A stretch of 64,000 bases of DNA, from positions 109,988,001 to 110,052,000 of the forward strand of contig NC_042999.1 of NCBI RefSeq assembly GCF_006345805.1, given 5' to 3'. Shown here one piece after another: positions 13,961 to 26,030 of the stretch (its first letter is position 1; each line of letters opens with the position of its first letter). Made by a program: the position numbers and the translations under genes. The DNA comes from Octopus sinensis (lineage: Eukaryota). The notes below the pieces were generated by a model. The model was given only the letters and a program-made list of their open reading frames with translations, was not told the origin of the DNA and searched no databases.

Positions 13961-14024
13961 CTCTGCCCTCCTAAAATACTTTCTGTTCGATTGTAAATGA
14001 ATCTGAGTTTGAACAGAACACGAG
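13961..14024 (-). CDS. Candidate exon SCSVQTQIHLQSNRKYFRRAE
   Basis: Acceptor 'gtgttaacttttcag|' and donor 'CAGAG|gtaaac'; 64 nt; phase-compatible with both neighbouring candidates. Confidence 0.3.
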
Positions 14025-14245
14025 CTGAAAAGTTAACACACGCACATGTGCATTAGGAGTGTATGTATTCTATGTAGTTATACATACATTGTTTAAAAGA
14101 TAAAAATGATAACTACGGGCACCAATATATATATATATATATATATAATATATATATATATATAATATGTGTTGTGTGTTGTGTGTGTGTGTGTGTGTGT
14201 ATGTTATGTATACATACGTACATACACGTACGTATGTGTATGTAC

Positions 14246-14299
<54 letters not shown>

Positions 14300-14589
14300 C
14301 TATGTGTGTGGTGTGTGTGTGTGTGTGGTATTCATATATGAAGATGTATGTATAAGGAGAGAGAGAGAAAGAGTATGACAGAAGGGAGAACGAATGATAC
14401 ATCGTATCCGAACCGGAGAATTTCCTGCCTTTTTGAGAACTTGAGGAAGAGGGCCTGCAAGAAACTTTGCAGCGCCCGATAAAATTCTTCCGATGGGCCC
14501 CTTGTGTGTGTGTATGTGTGTGTGTGTATGTGTGTGTGTGTGTGAGTATGTTTGTAGGTGTGTGTGTGTGTGTGAGTATGTATATGTAG

Positions 14590-14620
<31 letters not shown>

Positions 14621-14869
14621 TGCGTGCGTGTGTGCTCGAAATCCTAGTTGGATAACAATGTGCATAAACACACTGAGGGCAACACACTGGTAGTAGTAAG
14701 TAACAATAAAATATTTGAAGTGTGAAGTAACAAATTTTGTCATTGTAATATTAAAAAAATTTACAACTTCAGCTTCATAAGAAATGACATTTTTCCTTAA
14801 GTAAACGCACCTAAAACCAGAACTAATAGACATCGAAACAAAATCAAGGACCTTATCATAAAAAAAAAT

Positions 14870-14939
14870 TTACGATGGTAATAATGATAATAATAATAAT
14901 AATAATTTCAAACTTTGGCATACAAGGCCAGCAATAATG

Positions 14940-14970
<31 letters not shown>

Positions 14971-15065
14971 TAATAATAATAATAATAATGATAATAATAA
15001 TAATAATAATGATAATAATAATAATGATAATAATAATAATAATAATGATAATAATAATCCTTTCT
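14870..15065. repeat. (AAT)n/(GAT) microsatellite with an embedded SINE B tail stub
   Basis: 'tttcaaactttggcatacaaggccagcaat' sits between AAT runs. Confidence 0.85.
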
Positions 15066-15151
15066 ATTAATAATAATACGAGCGATAAGGGGATAGAAAT
15101 GGATTTTGTTGTATGAGTTATATATATATATGTGTGTGTGTATATAATATC

Positions 15152-15193
<42 letters not shown>

Positions 15194-15212
15194 GAGAGAG
15201 AGAGAGAGAGAG

Positions 15213-15267
<55 letters not shown>

Positions 15268-15403
15268 AGGAAAGGGAATCGAAAGAACCAAAGAAAAAAT
15301 AATGAAGAACAAAAATAACAATGATTTCTTAGAAAGACTCAAGACCAAAATTTTGTGGGTTGGGAAATAGTTGATGGTATCTTTCCTCGTATTTGATTGC
15401 TAC

Positions 15404-15444
<41 letters not shown>

Positions 15445-15651
15445 TAATAATAATGCTAATATTGATAATTTCTGTGTAGTTCTAAGTGTTTTTTGTTAAG
15501 GACCGAACGAAGCTAACGAATGGTTAATAAAGTTATTTACATTCCAAAGCATGTATGCCTGCAGAGAACATCGTCGGACAGCAAAAAAAAAAGGTAAAAA
15601 AAAAGAAAAAGAAGAGAATTCTTTTCTCTTATTTTTTTTGTTTTTACTCAC

Positions 15652-15698
15652 CTTCGACGTAAAAATATACTATGATGGCAACTTTTTAAGAATGACAT
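15652..15698 (-). CDS. Candidate first coding exon MSFLKSCHHSIFLRR
   Basis: ATG at 15698-15696 and consensus donor 'CGAAG|gtgagt'; lies near the CpG-rich/CpG-poor transition. Confidence 0.3.
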
Positions 15699-16502
15699 AA
15701 ACTAAATGATTTGTTTGTTTGTTTTTGTCTTTTTTTGAAGTGAACAAGACAGAGTAGAGGAAAGAGCGACAAGCTGACAGGGAATGATGAAGAAACTATG
15801 TGTGTGTGTGTGTGTGTGTAAGTGTGAGTGTGTGTGAGTGTATACGAACACACACGCGCGTGTATACACACACACACATTGAAGAAAAAAAAGGAAAGAA
15901 GAGGTTACATTAGTTTGATTATTCAGGGAACAAGAGCCCGGTTAGAAAACTAATGCCGACAATCCACCAACAATTAATGGTTATGGTATTCCAATTGTTG
16001 TTTCAGTGGTTTGTTTCCTTCGTAGTTAGTTGATGCCTTATTTTTGATTTGCCTTCCGTGTACCTGTCCCATAAAAAAAAAAAAAAAAACAACTAACTGC
16101 ACAAGTCCTGTGTTGCCGAAACAGAAGTCATCACACTCGGGAGAGCGTCATTCAATGCGGAAAAAAAACCGAGACACTGTACATACAACCTGCATGCGCG
16201 TACACATGCGCGCACGCACGCACACACACAGACAGACAGACACATATATATACAGGGCGTGTGTTTTCGTTTTTAAACATAATTTACACACGGAAGATTT
16301 TCGGTGAATACACATACTATGACAACGATAGACAGATCGGTAAATAAATAGATGGACAGATACCTATATTGAAGGAAGCTTAAGCTAGGTTAGGGAAAGA
16401 GATATTGACGATGACGGATAGATAGAGAGATGCATTTCAGAATGGATAAACATGTTGATAGACAGGCCGACTAACGACCGGATAGACATACAGACAGATA
16501 TG

Positions 16503-16574
16503 TTTCTTTATTAGCCACACAGGGCTGCACACAGATAGAACAAATTACAAGGTAGAGCTTTTCTTTTGAAGGTT

Positions 16575-16575
<1 letters not shown>
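16503..16575 (-). mobile_element. 3'-end stub of a Tx1-like LINE inside a GACA/GATA tract
   Basis: Minus strand 'caaaagaaaagctctaccttgtaatttgttctatctgtgtgcagccctgtgtggctaataaag' aligns with the 3' UTR of the Tx1 copy at 4463-4525. Confidence 0.7.
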
Positions 16576-16631
<56 letters not shown>

Positions 16632-16632
16632 T

Positions 16633-16693
<61 letters not shown>

Positions 16694-16712
16694 GTAGGTA
16701 GGTAGGTAGATA
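16576..16712. repeat. (GATA)n/(GACA)n/(GGTA)n microsatellite
   Basis: Direct reading. Confidence 0.95.
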
Positions 16713-16829
16713 GATTGACAGAAGGGAAAATAGGGATGTAAAACCGGGAATTTGCCAATATTCTCTTTAATTTTAATTCAGTTTTAGATTTAACGAACAC
16801 TAGCAAATATAAAAATGCATAAACAGAAA

Positions 16830-16863
<34 letters not shown>

Positions 16864-17084
16864 ATCGACATAAAATTACAAACAGGAACATGAAAAAAAA
16901 AACCTACCTTCAATGACCAGGGTTTTAAAAATTATTTATTATTATTACTATTACTATTATTTTCTTTATATTCTTTTTTTTTTATGTCTGACGGAATATG
17001 TCAACAACTTTCACCTGATCGTAAAATTGGTGTTTTTAAGAGATAGCATGGAGGCAGGTAAGAGTTAACCCCTAACCTCCCCAG

Positions 17085-17209
17085 AACCTGGCGATCCCTT
17101 TCTCCGTCGCATGAGGCTAGCTGCCGATTTGTAAAGCGCTCCCGACACACCGAGAAAAACAACAGCAGCAGCAGTAGCAGAAGAAGAATACAGGTTCCAA
17201 CCATTAATA

Positions 17210-17240
<31 letters not shown>

Positions 17241-17298
17241 CAGGGCAGTGTTTTGGAAAATTCATGACAAACCACCTAGCATCACTACTTCTGTATGA
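17085..17298 (+). CDS. Candidate terminal exon ending ...KPPSITTSV* (alternatively a minus-strand first exon, 17265 to about 17077)
   Basis: Acceptor-like 'ctaacctccccag|'; open frame to TGA at 17296-17298. The opposite strand also has an ATG-initiated open frame. No homology recognised. Confidence 0.2.
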
Positions 17299-17639
17299 AG
17301 GAGGGAGCCTCTACGCAGTTGCTCGAGCTAAGAAATCTCCTTAAAATTTATACGCTACAGTCTTAAGTGAAGAAAGGACACGAGATAAAACTAGCTAAAA
17401 AGACAGGATGATCATGGCTGGAGTGTCTTCGATCATCGGCCGGTTCGATCATAGCTGACGTAGGACAAACAACAACTTTCATGTGCATGTATGCCATTAG
17501 ATACACATATACAGGAGACATTTTACACAAACATACAACAGTACAAGTAAGCATATGATTTGGCTGTTTTCAGAGAATATATGCATGTTTATATAGTGTA
17601 ACTAACGCTCCTGCCACACAAACACATTTATAGACCTTC

Positions 17640-18700
17640 GTATACGAATGCATGTATGTATGTATGTATGTATGTATGTATGTATGTGTATGTGTGTATG
17701 TGTATGTATGTATGTATGTATGTATGTATGTGTGTATGTATGCATGTATGTATGAAGTATGTATGTATGTATGCGTGTATGTATGTATGTGCTCGTGAGT
17801 GTATGTGTATGTATGTATGTATGTATGTATGTATGTATGTATGTGTATGTATGTATGTATGTATGCGTGTATATATGTATGTATGTATGTATTGCGTGAT
17901 GTAGTATGTGCTCGTGAGTGTATGTGTATGTATGTATTGTATGTATGTATGTTGTATGTATGTGTGTATGTTGATGTATGCTATGTATGTATGTATGTGC
18001 TCGTGAGGTGTATGTGTATGTATGTATGTAGTATGTATGTATGCGTTTGTATATGTATGCTCGTGAGTGTATGTGTATGGTATGTATGTATGTATGTGTG
18101 TATGTATGTAGGTATGATGCATGTATGTATGAATGTATGTATGTAGTATGTATGCTGTATGTATGTATGTGCTCGTGAGTATGTATGTAGTATGTATGTA
18201 TGTATGTATGTATGTATGTATGTATGCGTGTATGTATGTATGTATGTATGTATGCGTGTATGTATGTATGTGCTCGTGAGTGTATGTGTATGTATGTATG
18301 TATGTATGTATGTATGTATGTGTGTATGTATGTATGTATGTATGTATATGCATGTATGTATGTATGTATGTATGCATGCATGTATGTATGTATGTATGTA
18401 TGTGCTCGTGAGTGTATGTATGTATGTATGTATGTATGTAATGTATGTATGCGTTGTATGTATGTGCTCGGTGAGTGTATGGTATGTATGTATGTATGAT
18501 GTATGGGTGTATGTATGTATCGTAGGTATGTATGCATGTATGTATGCATGTTGTATTTTTTTTTTGTAATGTATGCTATGTATGTATGTATGTAATGTAT
18601 GTATGCATGCATGTGCTCTGCGTTGAGTGTATGTATGTATGTGTGTATGTATGTATGTACGTATGTATGCATGTGCTCGTCTATGTGTGTGTATGTGTGT
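17640..18700. repeat. Higher-order (TATG)n satellite punctuated by GCTCGTGAGTG
   Basis: About 8-10 copies of the GCTCGTGAG motif spaced roughly 60-130 bp apart within TATG/TATGTG repeats. Confidence 0.9.
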
Positions 18701-19676
18701 GAAAGAGAGCATGTACCACGAACCGTTTTACTTATTAAGAGATGAGAGAAACAATTCCGAGTGCCAGTTAACTTTGAGGGAGTGACAAGAAACAAAAATA
18801 TAAATATAAATAAAAAATAAAATAAACCAAAATAAAATTATATAATGAATAAAAAAAAAATTGCCGAAAGTATTTGGTTTAAAATTAATCCCGTTATTTA
18901 ACAGCTATTTCTTCAAATGGTTACTTTCTTTAAGCTGTAAATAATGTGTTTACATGCGCGTGAAATAATATTGCATTTCACTCGCTACACGTGCAAATAA
19001 CTGATGACTAATTTAAGCGCACTTCGTGATGTATCGTCAAATTTTCATTTCGATATATATATATATATATGTATTTGTAATAGGTTAATATATATAATTT
19101 CAACCAATAATATATATTTTTAAAAAAAAAACCCCTCTCTGCAGTGTTCCCCTCCATACACACAAATACGCACACACACACACGCACACGTACAAACACA
19201 CACACACGCACCTTAGATCGAGTTAATGTAAAATATAGAAGATTGCTACACATGCATAAACGCATATTGTGCGAGTCAACAATGGATGTTTCTTGAGAGG
19301 TTTGTCAGAAGTAGCAGCTAAATCTGCCTCGAACAACAACAACAACAATAAAAAAAAAAGGAAGGACACTTGAGATATTAAAGTGGGGAGCGGGAAGAAA
19401 GCACGGGATGATAACAACAGGGGAACGTTTTCGTAGTTCTTGTCAGACTTGATTTGATTCTGAACAACAGCGTTATTTACAGCGTGTGCGTGTGTTCGCG
19501 CCCGTAACGTGTGTGTGCGTGTGTTCGCGCTCGTAATGGTCTGTTAACATTTTTCATTTGCAACAAATTAAAAACTATGCTGTGTATCGGAATAACAACA
19601 ATTTAAAGTCATTCTTAAGTATAATTAAGGCCGCCAATAGGAAGGGAAAATTACCTTAACGCCTCATAATGCATAG

Positions 19677-19770
19677 TTAAGAAGAAGAAATTCTTTAAAA
19701 CCTTGTATCGTTACCGGATCCTCTCATACCAATGAACAACGAAGCAAGAAAGCAAAAGTAGAAAAGAATG
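19677..19770 (+). CDS. Candidate exon LRRRNSLKPCIVTGSSHTNEQRSKKAKVEKN
   Basis: Weak acceptor 'ttaacgcctcataatgcatag|' and donor 'AATG|gtaaat'; single open frame. Confidence 0.15.
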
Positions 19771-20390
19771 GTAAATGCACACGCGCGTGCACACATGCAC
19801 ACACACACACACATGCGTTGTGGGAATGGTAATAAATAATAAAGGAATTGATCGCAGTAAGGTAACTAATTCGAAGGTAAAAGGCAAACGACAGTTACAG
19901 ACAGACCCAATTTGAAGGGATGGTGCTGTTTCCATCATCATCTGGAACCGTTTTCGTCCTGAAAGTCTATGGAAAAAAAGTTATATCAGACTATATAAGT
20001 TCAGAAACTTTAGTGATAGTGATGAGTGGTGTTAGACTATTTGCAGATTGTATTAAATGATGGGGTTTCGATTCCTGGCTGGTCACTGCACTAACTTGGT
20101 CTTGCTACCCATGAAGTGACCCGTCTTCGATATGCTTTCTTAGAGGAAATCAAACATGTGAATTCACTTCATACCAAAATGATCAAAACTATTTTATTTT
20201 AGCTATCATCAAATCATCCTGTCATTTTTTTTCCAGCCTAGCCTTTATTTCTTTATTTTCTTCCAAAAACAGTAAAAGGTGTGATTTGTAGAAGATTTCC
20301 TTACTATTTCTTGCACACCAATTGACCACATAGGGATTCGCTCGTACCACAGAAACTGTTGTTGATGTAGAGCTATGTTTTGTTCTGTAG

Positions 20391-20452
20391 ATTTTGTTGC
20401 TGCAATTGACAATACAGAAATAAATGCCTGGAAGGTTCAGCTTCTTACACAG
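20391..20452 (+). CDS. Candidate exon (D)FVAAIDNTEINAWKVQLLTQ
   Basis: Strong acceptor 'tgttttgttctgtag|' and donor 'CACAG|gtgtga'. The A-x4-E-x3-W-x3-L spacing resembles the PH-domain C-terminal helix. Confidence 0.2.
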
Positions 20453-20698
20453 GTGTGAAAAATGAGTTATCAAGGTTTCAACACACAATCTAAAACGAGC
20501 CAGGTGAATAATAAACTATGAAAAGTACGGGCGCCACAAAATCCTGTTTCTCATCCTTGTTGATGACAAAAGTAGTGAAAACGAGCGAAGTTGCTCCGAT
20601 AGCTATGAGCCACAGCCGATACAGTTTCGATTCTTTGTAGTGCTACTGAGAAACACACGGGACGCATAATTGCACACACACACACGTATATATATATC

Positions 20699-20775
<77 letters not shown>

Positions 20776-21115
20776 TACATACGTTCATTCATACATACAT
20801 TTACAAGCACTGAGTCTTTTTGTTTTTGTAATTAAGTACAAAACTGATTACATTTAAAAATGTATTTTTATAATGTTATTAGTCGACTTCGTAATGATTT
20901 CTTGTAGTTTGTGTAAACTAATTTAAGTGTATACAATTTTTGAAATTTAAAATCAATCTTTCTCATGATATTCGTGTATATATGTGCGTGTGTGTACACA
21001 TTTATAAAGTATGTATATGATACAGTAAATATTTATATATATATACTATAATGTATGTGTGTATCAGAGTGTACGTACATATGTATTTACATTTACAAAG
21101 TACGCCCGCATAATG

Positions 21116-21158
<43 letters not shown>

Positions 21159-21368
21159 CAAGCACACATTCTAATATACGTATTCATGTATGTTTGCTTT
21201 TATGTCGTGTTATAAAAACAATTTAATATTATTCAATGCTTCATTATACTTTTACTGTCTTGAAAAAGTATAAAACACACATATACATTATATATTACTT
21301 TCAAAATACGTATATATGTCAGTGTGTACACACACACACACACATACATACATATATATACATATATA

Positions 21369-21401
<33 letters not shown>

Positions 21402-21456
21402 ACTTTTATGATACGTATGTGTAGTGTGTGTGTGAATGTTTTATATATATATATAT

Positions 21457-21826
21457 CGTCGCCGTGGCACTCCGTCGGTTACGACGACTAAGGTTCCAGA
21501 TGATCCGATCACCGGAACAGCCTGCTCGTGAAATTAACGTACAAGAGACTGAGCACTCCACAAACACGTGTACCCCTAACGCAGTTCTGGGGGGAGATTC
21601 AGTGTGACAAGGCTGGCCCTTTGAAATACAGGTACAACAGAAACAGGAAGAAAGAGTTAGAGAAAGTTGTGGTGAAAGAAAGAGTACAGCGGGGTTCGCC
21701 ACGAGCTCCTGCCGGATCCTCGTGGGGCTTTAGGTGTTTTCACTCGATAAACACTCACAACGCCCGGTCTGGGAATCGAAATCGCGATCCCGAGTCCGCT
21801 GCCCTAACCACTGGGCCATTGCGCAT
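21457..21826 (-). mobile_element. SINE type E (shared D/E/F head)
   Basis: Head 'gcgcaatggcccagtggttagggcagcggactcg...gatttcgattcccagaccgggcgttgtgagtg'; tail 'ttaatttcacgagcaggctgttcc...gtcgtcgtaaccgacggagtgccac'. Second copy at 49908-50251. Flanked by (TA)n. Confidence 0.85.
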
Positions 21827-21852
21827 CCACTATACATACATACATGTATATA

Positions 21853-21903
<51 letters not shown>

Positions 21904-22029
21904 TACACACATGTATGTATAATGCAAATTTATAAAAACTTATAGAATATATATATAATGTATATGTATTACACACACACATATAAAGTGTATATGTATA
22001 TATATATATATATATGATGCAACTTAATT

Positions 22030-22092
22030 TCCAGGTGGTGCTATTAAGTTAGACATGGCCTGGGCCAATAATGGCCGAAACCTATCAAAGTA
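22030..22092 (+). mobile_element. 3' tail stub of a CR1-group LINE
   Basis: 'ccaggtggtgctattaagttagacatggcctgggccaataatggccgaaacc' matches the end of the LINE at 45590-45655. Confidence 0.6.
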
Positions 22093-22504
22093 TATATATG
22101 TGTGTGTATTATATAATTGTAGTTGACGATCTATTTATTGCTGATTTTGCAGTTTTTATAATCTATTAATGTGCGATAAAAATCAAGACAAAACGAAAAA
22201 AAGAAAGGAAAATATTTGATTAAAACAACAACAAAAGTGCGTATTTTTTGATAAGCATCCTCTACCTCTTCGAGAACACAAAAATAAAACTATATATCAT
22301 AGCCAAAATTTTTCCTCAGAAACATATTGGGGAAAAAAGTTCAGTTTGAAGAAACTATTAGCAAAGTTTTATTATCTTTTTAACATGTTATAATAATCAG
22401 ACTGCGTCAGGAGAGATAATAGGTGGCGATTAAAAGGGAAGGTGTGAGAGAAGTTGATAAATATTCTTACTGGTGATAACGTGATCAATTAGAAATAACA
22501 GTTT

Positions 22505-23205
22505 TGCAGAGACAACAATAATAATCTTTTCTGCAGTAGGCACAAGGCCTGAAATTTTGTGGGAGGGGACCAATCAATTCGATCGACCCCAGTACGCAAC
22601 TGGTACTTAATTTACCGACCCAGAAAGAATGAAAGGCAAAGTTGACTTCGGCGGAATTTGAACTCAGAACGTAAAGACGGGCAAAATACCGCAAAGCATT
22701 TCGTCCAGCGTGCTACCGATTCTGCCGTCTCGCCTCCTTAAGAATAATAATGATCTTTTCAATTATAGGCACAAGGGCTGAAATTTAGGGGAGGGGATAG
22801 TCGATTACATTACATCAACCCCAGTGCTTGACTGGTACTTATTTTATCGACCCCAAAAGGATGAAAGGCAAATTCGACTCCAGCGGAATTTGAACTCAGA
22901 ACGTAAGGACTGGCGAAATGCCGATAAGCATTTTGCCCGGCGCGCTAACGATTCTGCCAGCTTACCGCCTTAATAATAATCATGATGGGGGTTTCGAATT
23001 TTGGCGCAAGGCTAGCAATTTCGGGTGCAGGGATAAGTCGATAACATCCACCTCTAGTATTCAGCTGGTACTTATTTTATCGACTCCGAAAGGATGAAAG
23101 ACAAAGTCGACCTCGGCGAAATTTGAACTCAGAACGTAAAAACAGACGAAAGACAGCTAACCATTCTGCCCCGGTGTGCCAAAGAGTCTGCCAGCTCGCC
23201 GCCTT
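22505..23205 (-). mobile_element. Three tandem SINE type B copies (minus strand)
   Basis: Units at about 22505-22740, 22750-22970 and 22990-23205, joined by short AAT runs; CpGs largely retained. Confidence 0.9.
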
Positions 23206-23619
23206 TACAACAACATAAATAATCTAACTTCCCGATATTAATTCAATCTCCCACGTGTGTGTGTGTGTACAAATTTCATAACCATTATTATGTAACTCGC
23301 CAATTTCATTCAGTCTTGTAAACATTCCAGCATTATTCTATACCTGCATGCTATATATCGTTATTCACCTAGACAGACTGACTAGCCTTAGACCTCGGGT
23401 CTAATTAAAAATAAATATGTAAAAAAAAAAATTCGCCAACATGAGTAATGTTTTAGTTATGAAATATTACTTAACCTTTTGAGCATGATATATTTCTTGC
23501 TATCTTTCTATATCATATTACAAGGCGGTAGTCCATGGAAGGAGATAATGGGCTCTAATCAATTATTTCAACCATTCAAAATTTTTTTTTATTAATAATG
23601 AATAAATAAATAAATTGCT

Positions 23620-24845
23620 GTTCCTTGGCCGAAATCATTCAGCGTTTTGCGATACCTAATTTCTTTACAATCTGAGTTCAAATGTCGCCGAAATCAACTT
23701 TGATTTTCATCCTTCGGGGGTCGATAAAATAAACCATCAGTCAAGTTACTGGAGTCGAAATAATCAATATAATCTTCCCCAAATGCCTGACCTTATGGCC
23801 ATACTAGAAAGTATTATTGTCATTATTATCAGTATCATGCGCGAGCTGGTAGAATTGTTAGCGCACCGGACAAAATGGTAAGTAGCATTTCGTCCGGCTT
23901 TATGTTGACACAACCTGTCATCCTTTGGAGGTCGATGAAATAAGTACAAGTGAAGTAAGTACTGAACTCAATGTAATCGACTAAGCTTCCCCCTTAAGAA
24001 CTATTAGCTTTGTGCCAAAATATGAAGCCATTCTTTTTAAGGGAGCGAGCTGGCAGAATCGTTAACATGCCGGACAAAAAGCTTAGCGGCATTTCGTCCG
24101 TCTTTACGTTCAGAGCTCAAATTCAGCCATCCTTTCGGGGTCGATTAAAAAAGTACCAGTTACGCACTGGGGTCGATGAAATCGACTAGACCTCACCCCA
24201 GATTTCAGGCCTTGTGCCTATAGTAGAAAGGATTATTATCATTATTATTATTAATATTATTAAATAAGGTGGTTAGATGGCAGAATCGTTAGCATGCCGG
24301 AGAAAATGCTTAGCAGCATTTCGTCCGTATTTACGTTTCACGTTCAAATTCCACCGAGGTCGACTTTGTCTTTCACTCTTTCGGGATCGATAAATAAAGT
24401 ACCAGTGAAACACTGGGGTTGATGTAATCGTCTGGTCCCCTGCTCCCAACCCAAATTTCTGGCCTTGTGCCTTTAGTAGAAAAGATTATTATTATTTTGG
24501 TCGATAAATTAGGTGAAACACTGGGATCGATGTACTCGACTAGGCCACCCCCCTCTCCTAAATTCCAGGTCTTGTGCCTATAGTAGAAAGGATTATTATT
24601 ATTATCATTATTATTATTATCAAATAAAGCGGTGAGCTGGCAAAATCGTTAGCATGCCGGACCAAAATGCTTAGCGGCATTTCATCTGTCTTTATGTTCT
24701 GAGTTCAAATTCCGCCGAATTTAACTTTGCCTTTAATCCTTCCAGGATCGATAAATCAAGTACCAGTTGCATACTGGGATTGATGTGATCGATTTAATCC
24801 CTTTCCCCAAATCTGAGGTCTTGTGCTTCCAGCAGAAAGGATTAT
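23620..24845 (+). mobile_element. Five to six tandem SINE type B copies (plus strand)
   Basis: Units 'gagctggcagaatcgttagc...ttcaaattccgccgaggtcgactttg...gggtcgat...gccttgtgcctatagtagaaaggattatt'. A-box TGGCAGAATCG and B-box GAGTTCAAATTCC. Confidence 0.9.
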
Positions 24846-25584
24846 TAGTATTAGTAGTAGTAGTTAATCGCAGAATAAATACAGAAAATAACGATTTAAA
24901 ATACAAGTTGAAATGTACAGTTTATTAACCAGTCCGTTTTCCTTATTACTACACACACACACACACACACATAAACACACACACACACACCACATCGGTA
25001 TATGTCGATGTGCAAGAATTGTTTTGCATTTAAGAAAGTGCTCAATATATGTCTTAGATTTTACTTACTTATAAACTTCAAATATCGAGGTTGATAAATT
25101 TAGGTGCGACTTTTATAACTCGCTTGCAAATTTATAAACTTTCATCAAGGAGATAAATAATTAATTATACATTTAGTGTATTCTGAATTTAAATATCGCC
25201 GAGGTCGAGTTCACCTTTCATCTTTAGAATAAATATACGCCAAGTACTGAAGTCAATTTGATCGACTACACAATTTTCCTCTAATTTTGTGACTTTGTAC
25301 CACTGTTAATGGTGTATAATTTACTAGTTGATGTCAATACTACACACGCGCGCACGGTTTTTCGAAATGATGCTCATTTGATGTAGAATTTCCCAACCAT
25401 TTTTTTTTTATCTATGGATCCCTTTGATTCCTATTTTATTCAGGTGCACCCTCATAGCCATTTGCATTTTAAAAAAATCCTATAATATTTTTATAATTAA
25501 AAATCATTGGGAATTGTATAAAAAATAATTAAAATATTTTATGTATTGTTGAAGTATAACCAATTGATTGCACATGAACTTTAA

Positions 25585-25760
25585 CGACAAAGTCTAATAT
25601 GGACGCCCTCCCCAGGCTATAAGGGTCCCTAGTTGAGAACAACCGACCAATTAGATAGACGAAGTTCTTGTTATCAAAATTGAAGATCGCTGCAAACGGT
25701 AAAGCCTCAGACATTAGCCGACTTACAACACAACCAGGTAAAATGATGATGATGATAATG
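25585..25760 (+). mobile_element. Possible RTE-type LINE 3' fragment
   Basis: Degenerate translation LIWTPSPGY...TDQL resembles the RTE C-terminal 'LLWEP.HG...RP..TY.DQL'; ends in (TGA)n. Confidence 0.35.
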
Positions 25761-26030
25761 ACGATGATGATTTCCTTATTTGCCACCAGGGCGATGGGTG
25801 AAGGGTATAAAAGAAGACAAAACGTGGTGATTTACACAGAATGATAAAGAAAAGAAAAGCAGAAGGAAATGTCAGTATGCATGGTACATGATATTAGTTT
25901 CAAATGTTGCTACAAGGCCAGCAATTTCGTGGGCGGAGCTAAGTCGATTACATCGATCCCAGTGTTCAACTGGTATTTATTTTATCGATTCCGAAAAGTT
26001 TAAGAGCGAGTTGACCTCTCGACGGAATTT

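Noticed and set aside
17058-17084. Perfect-looking GT...CTAAC...AG 27-nt intron
   Set aside because: Too short for a spliceosomal intron, and splicing yields only a 19-codon ORF.
17602-18795. 397-aa ORF and overlapping long ORFs
   Set aside because: Translation of the (CATA)n satellite, which lacks stop codons on that strand; low-complexity HTYI repeats with no domain.
19223-19417. Signal-peptide-like ORF on the minus strand
   Set aside because: TTG start, no upstream ATG before an in-frame stop, and the hydrophobic run derives from T-rich and (GTT)n repeats.
22505-24845. CRISPR-like regular repeat array
   Set aside because: Units are about 200-240-bp SINE copies with A/B boxes, with no short repeat/unique spacer structure and no cas genes; the sequence is eukaryotic.
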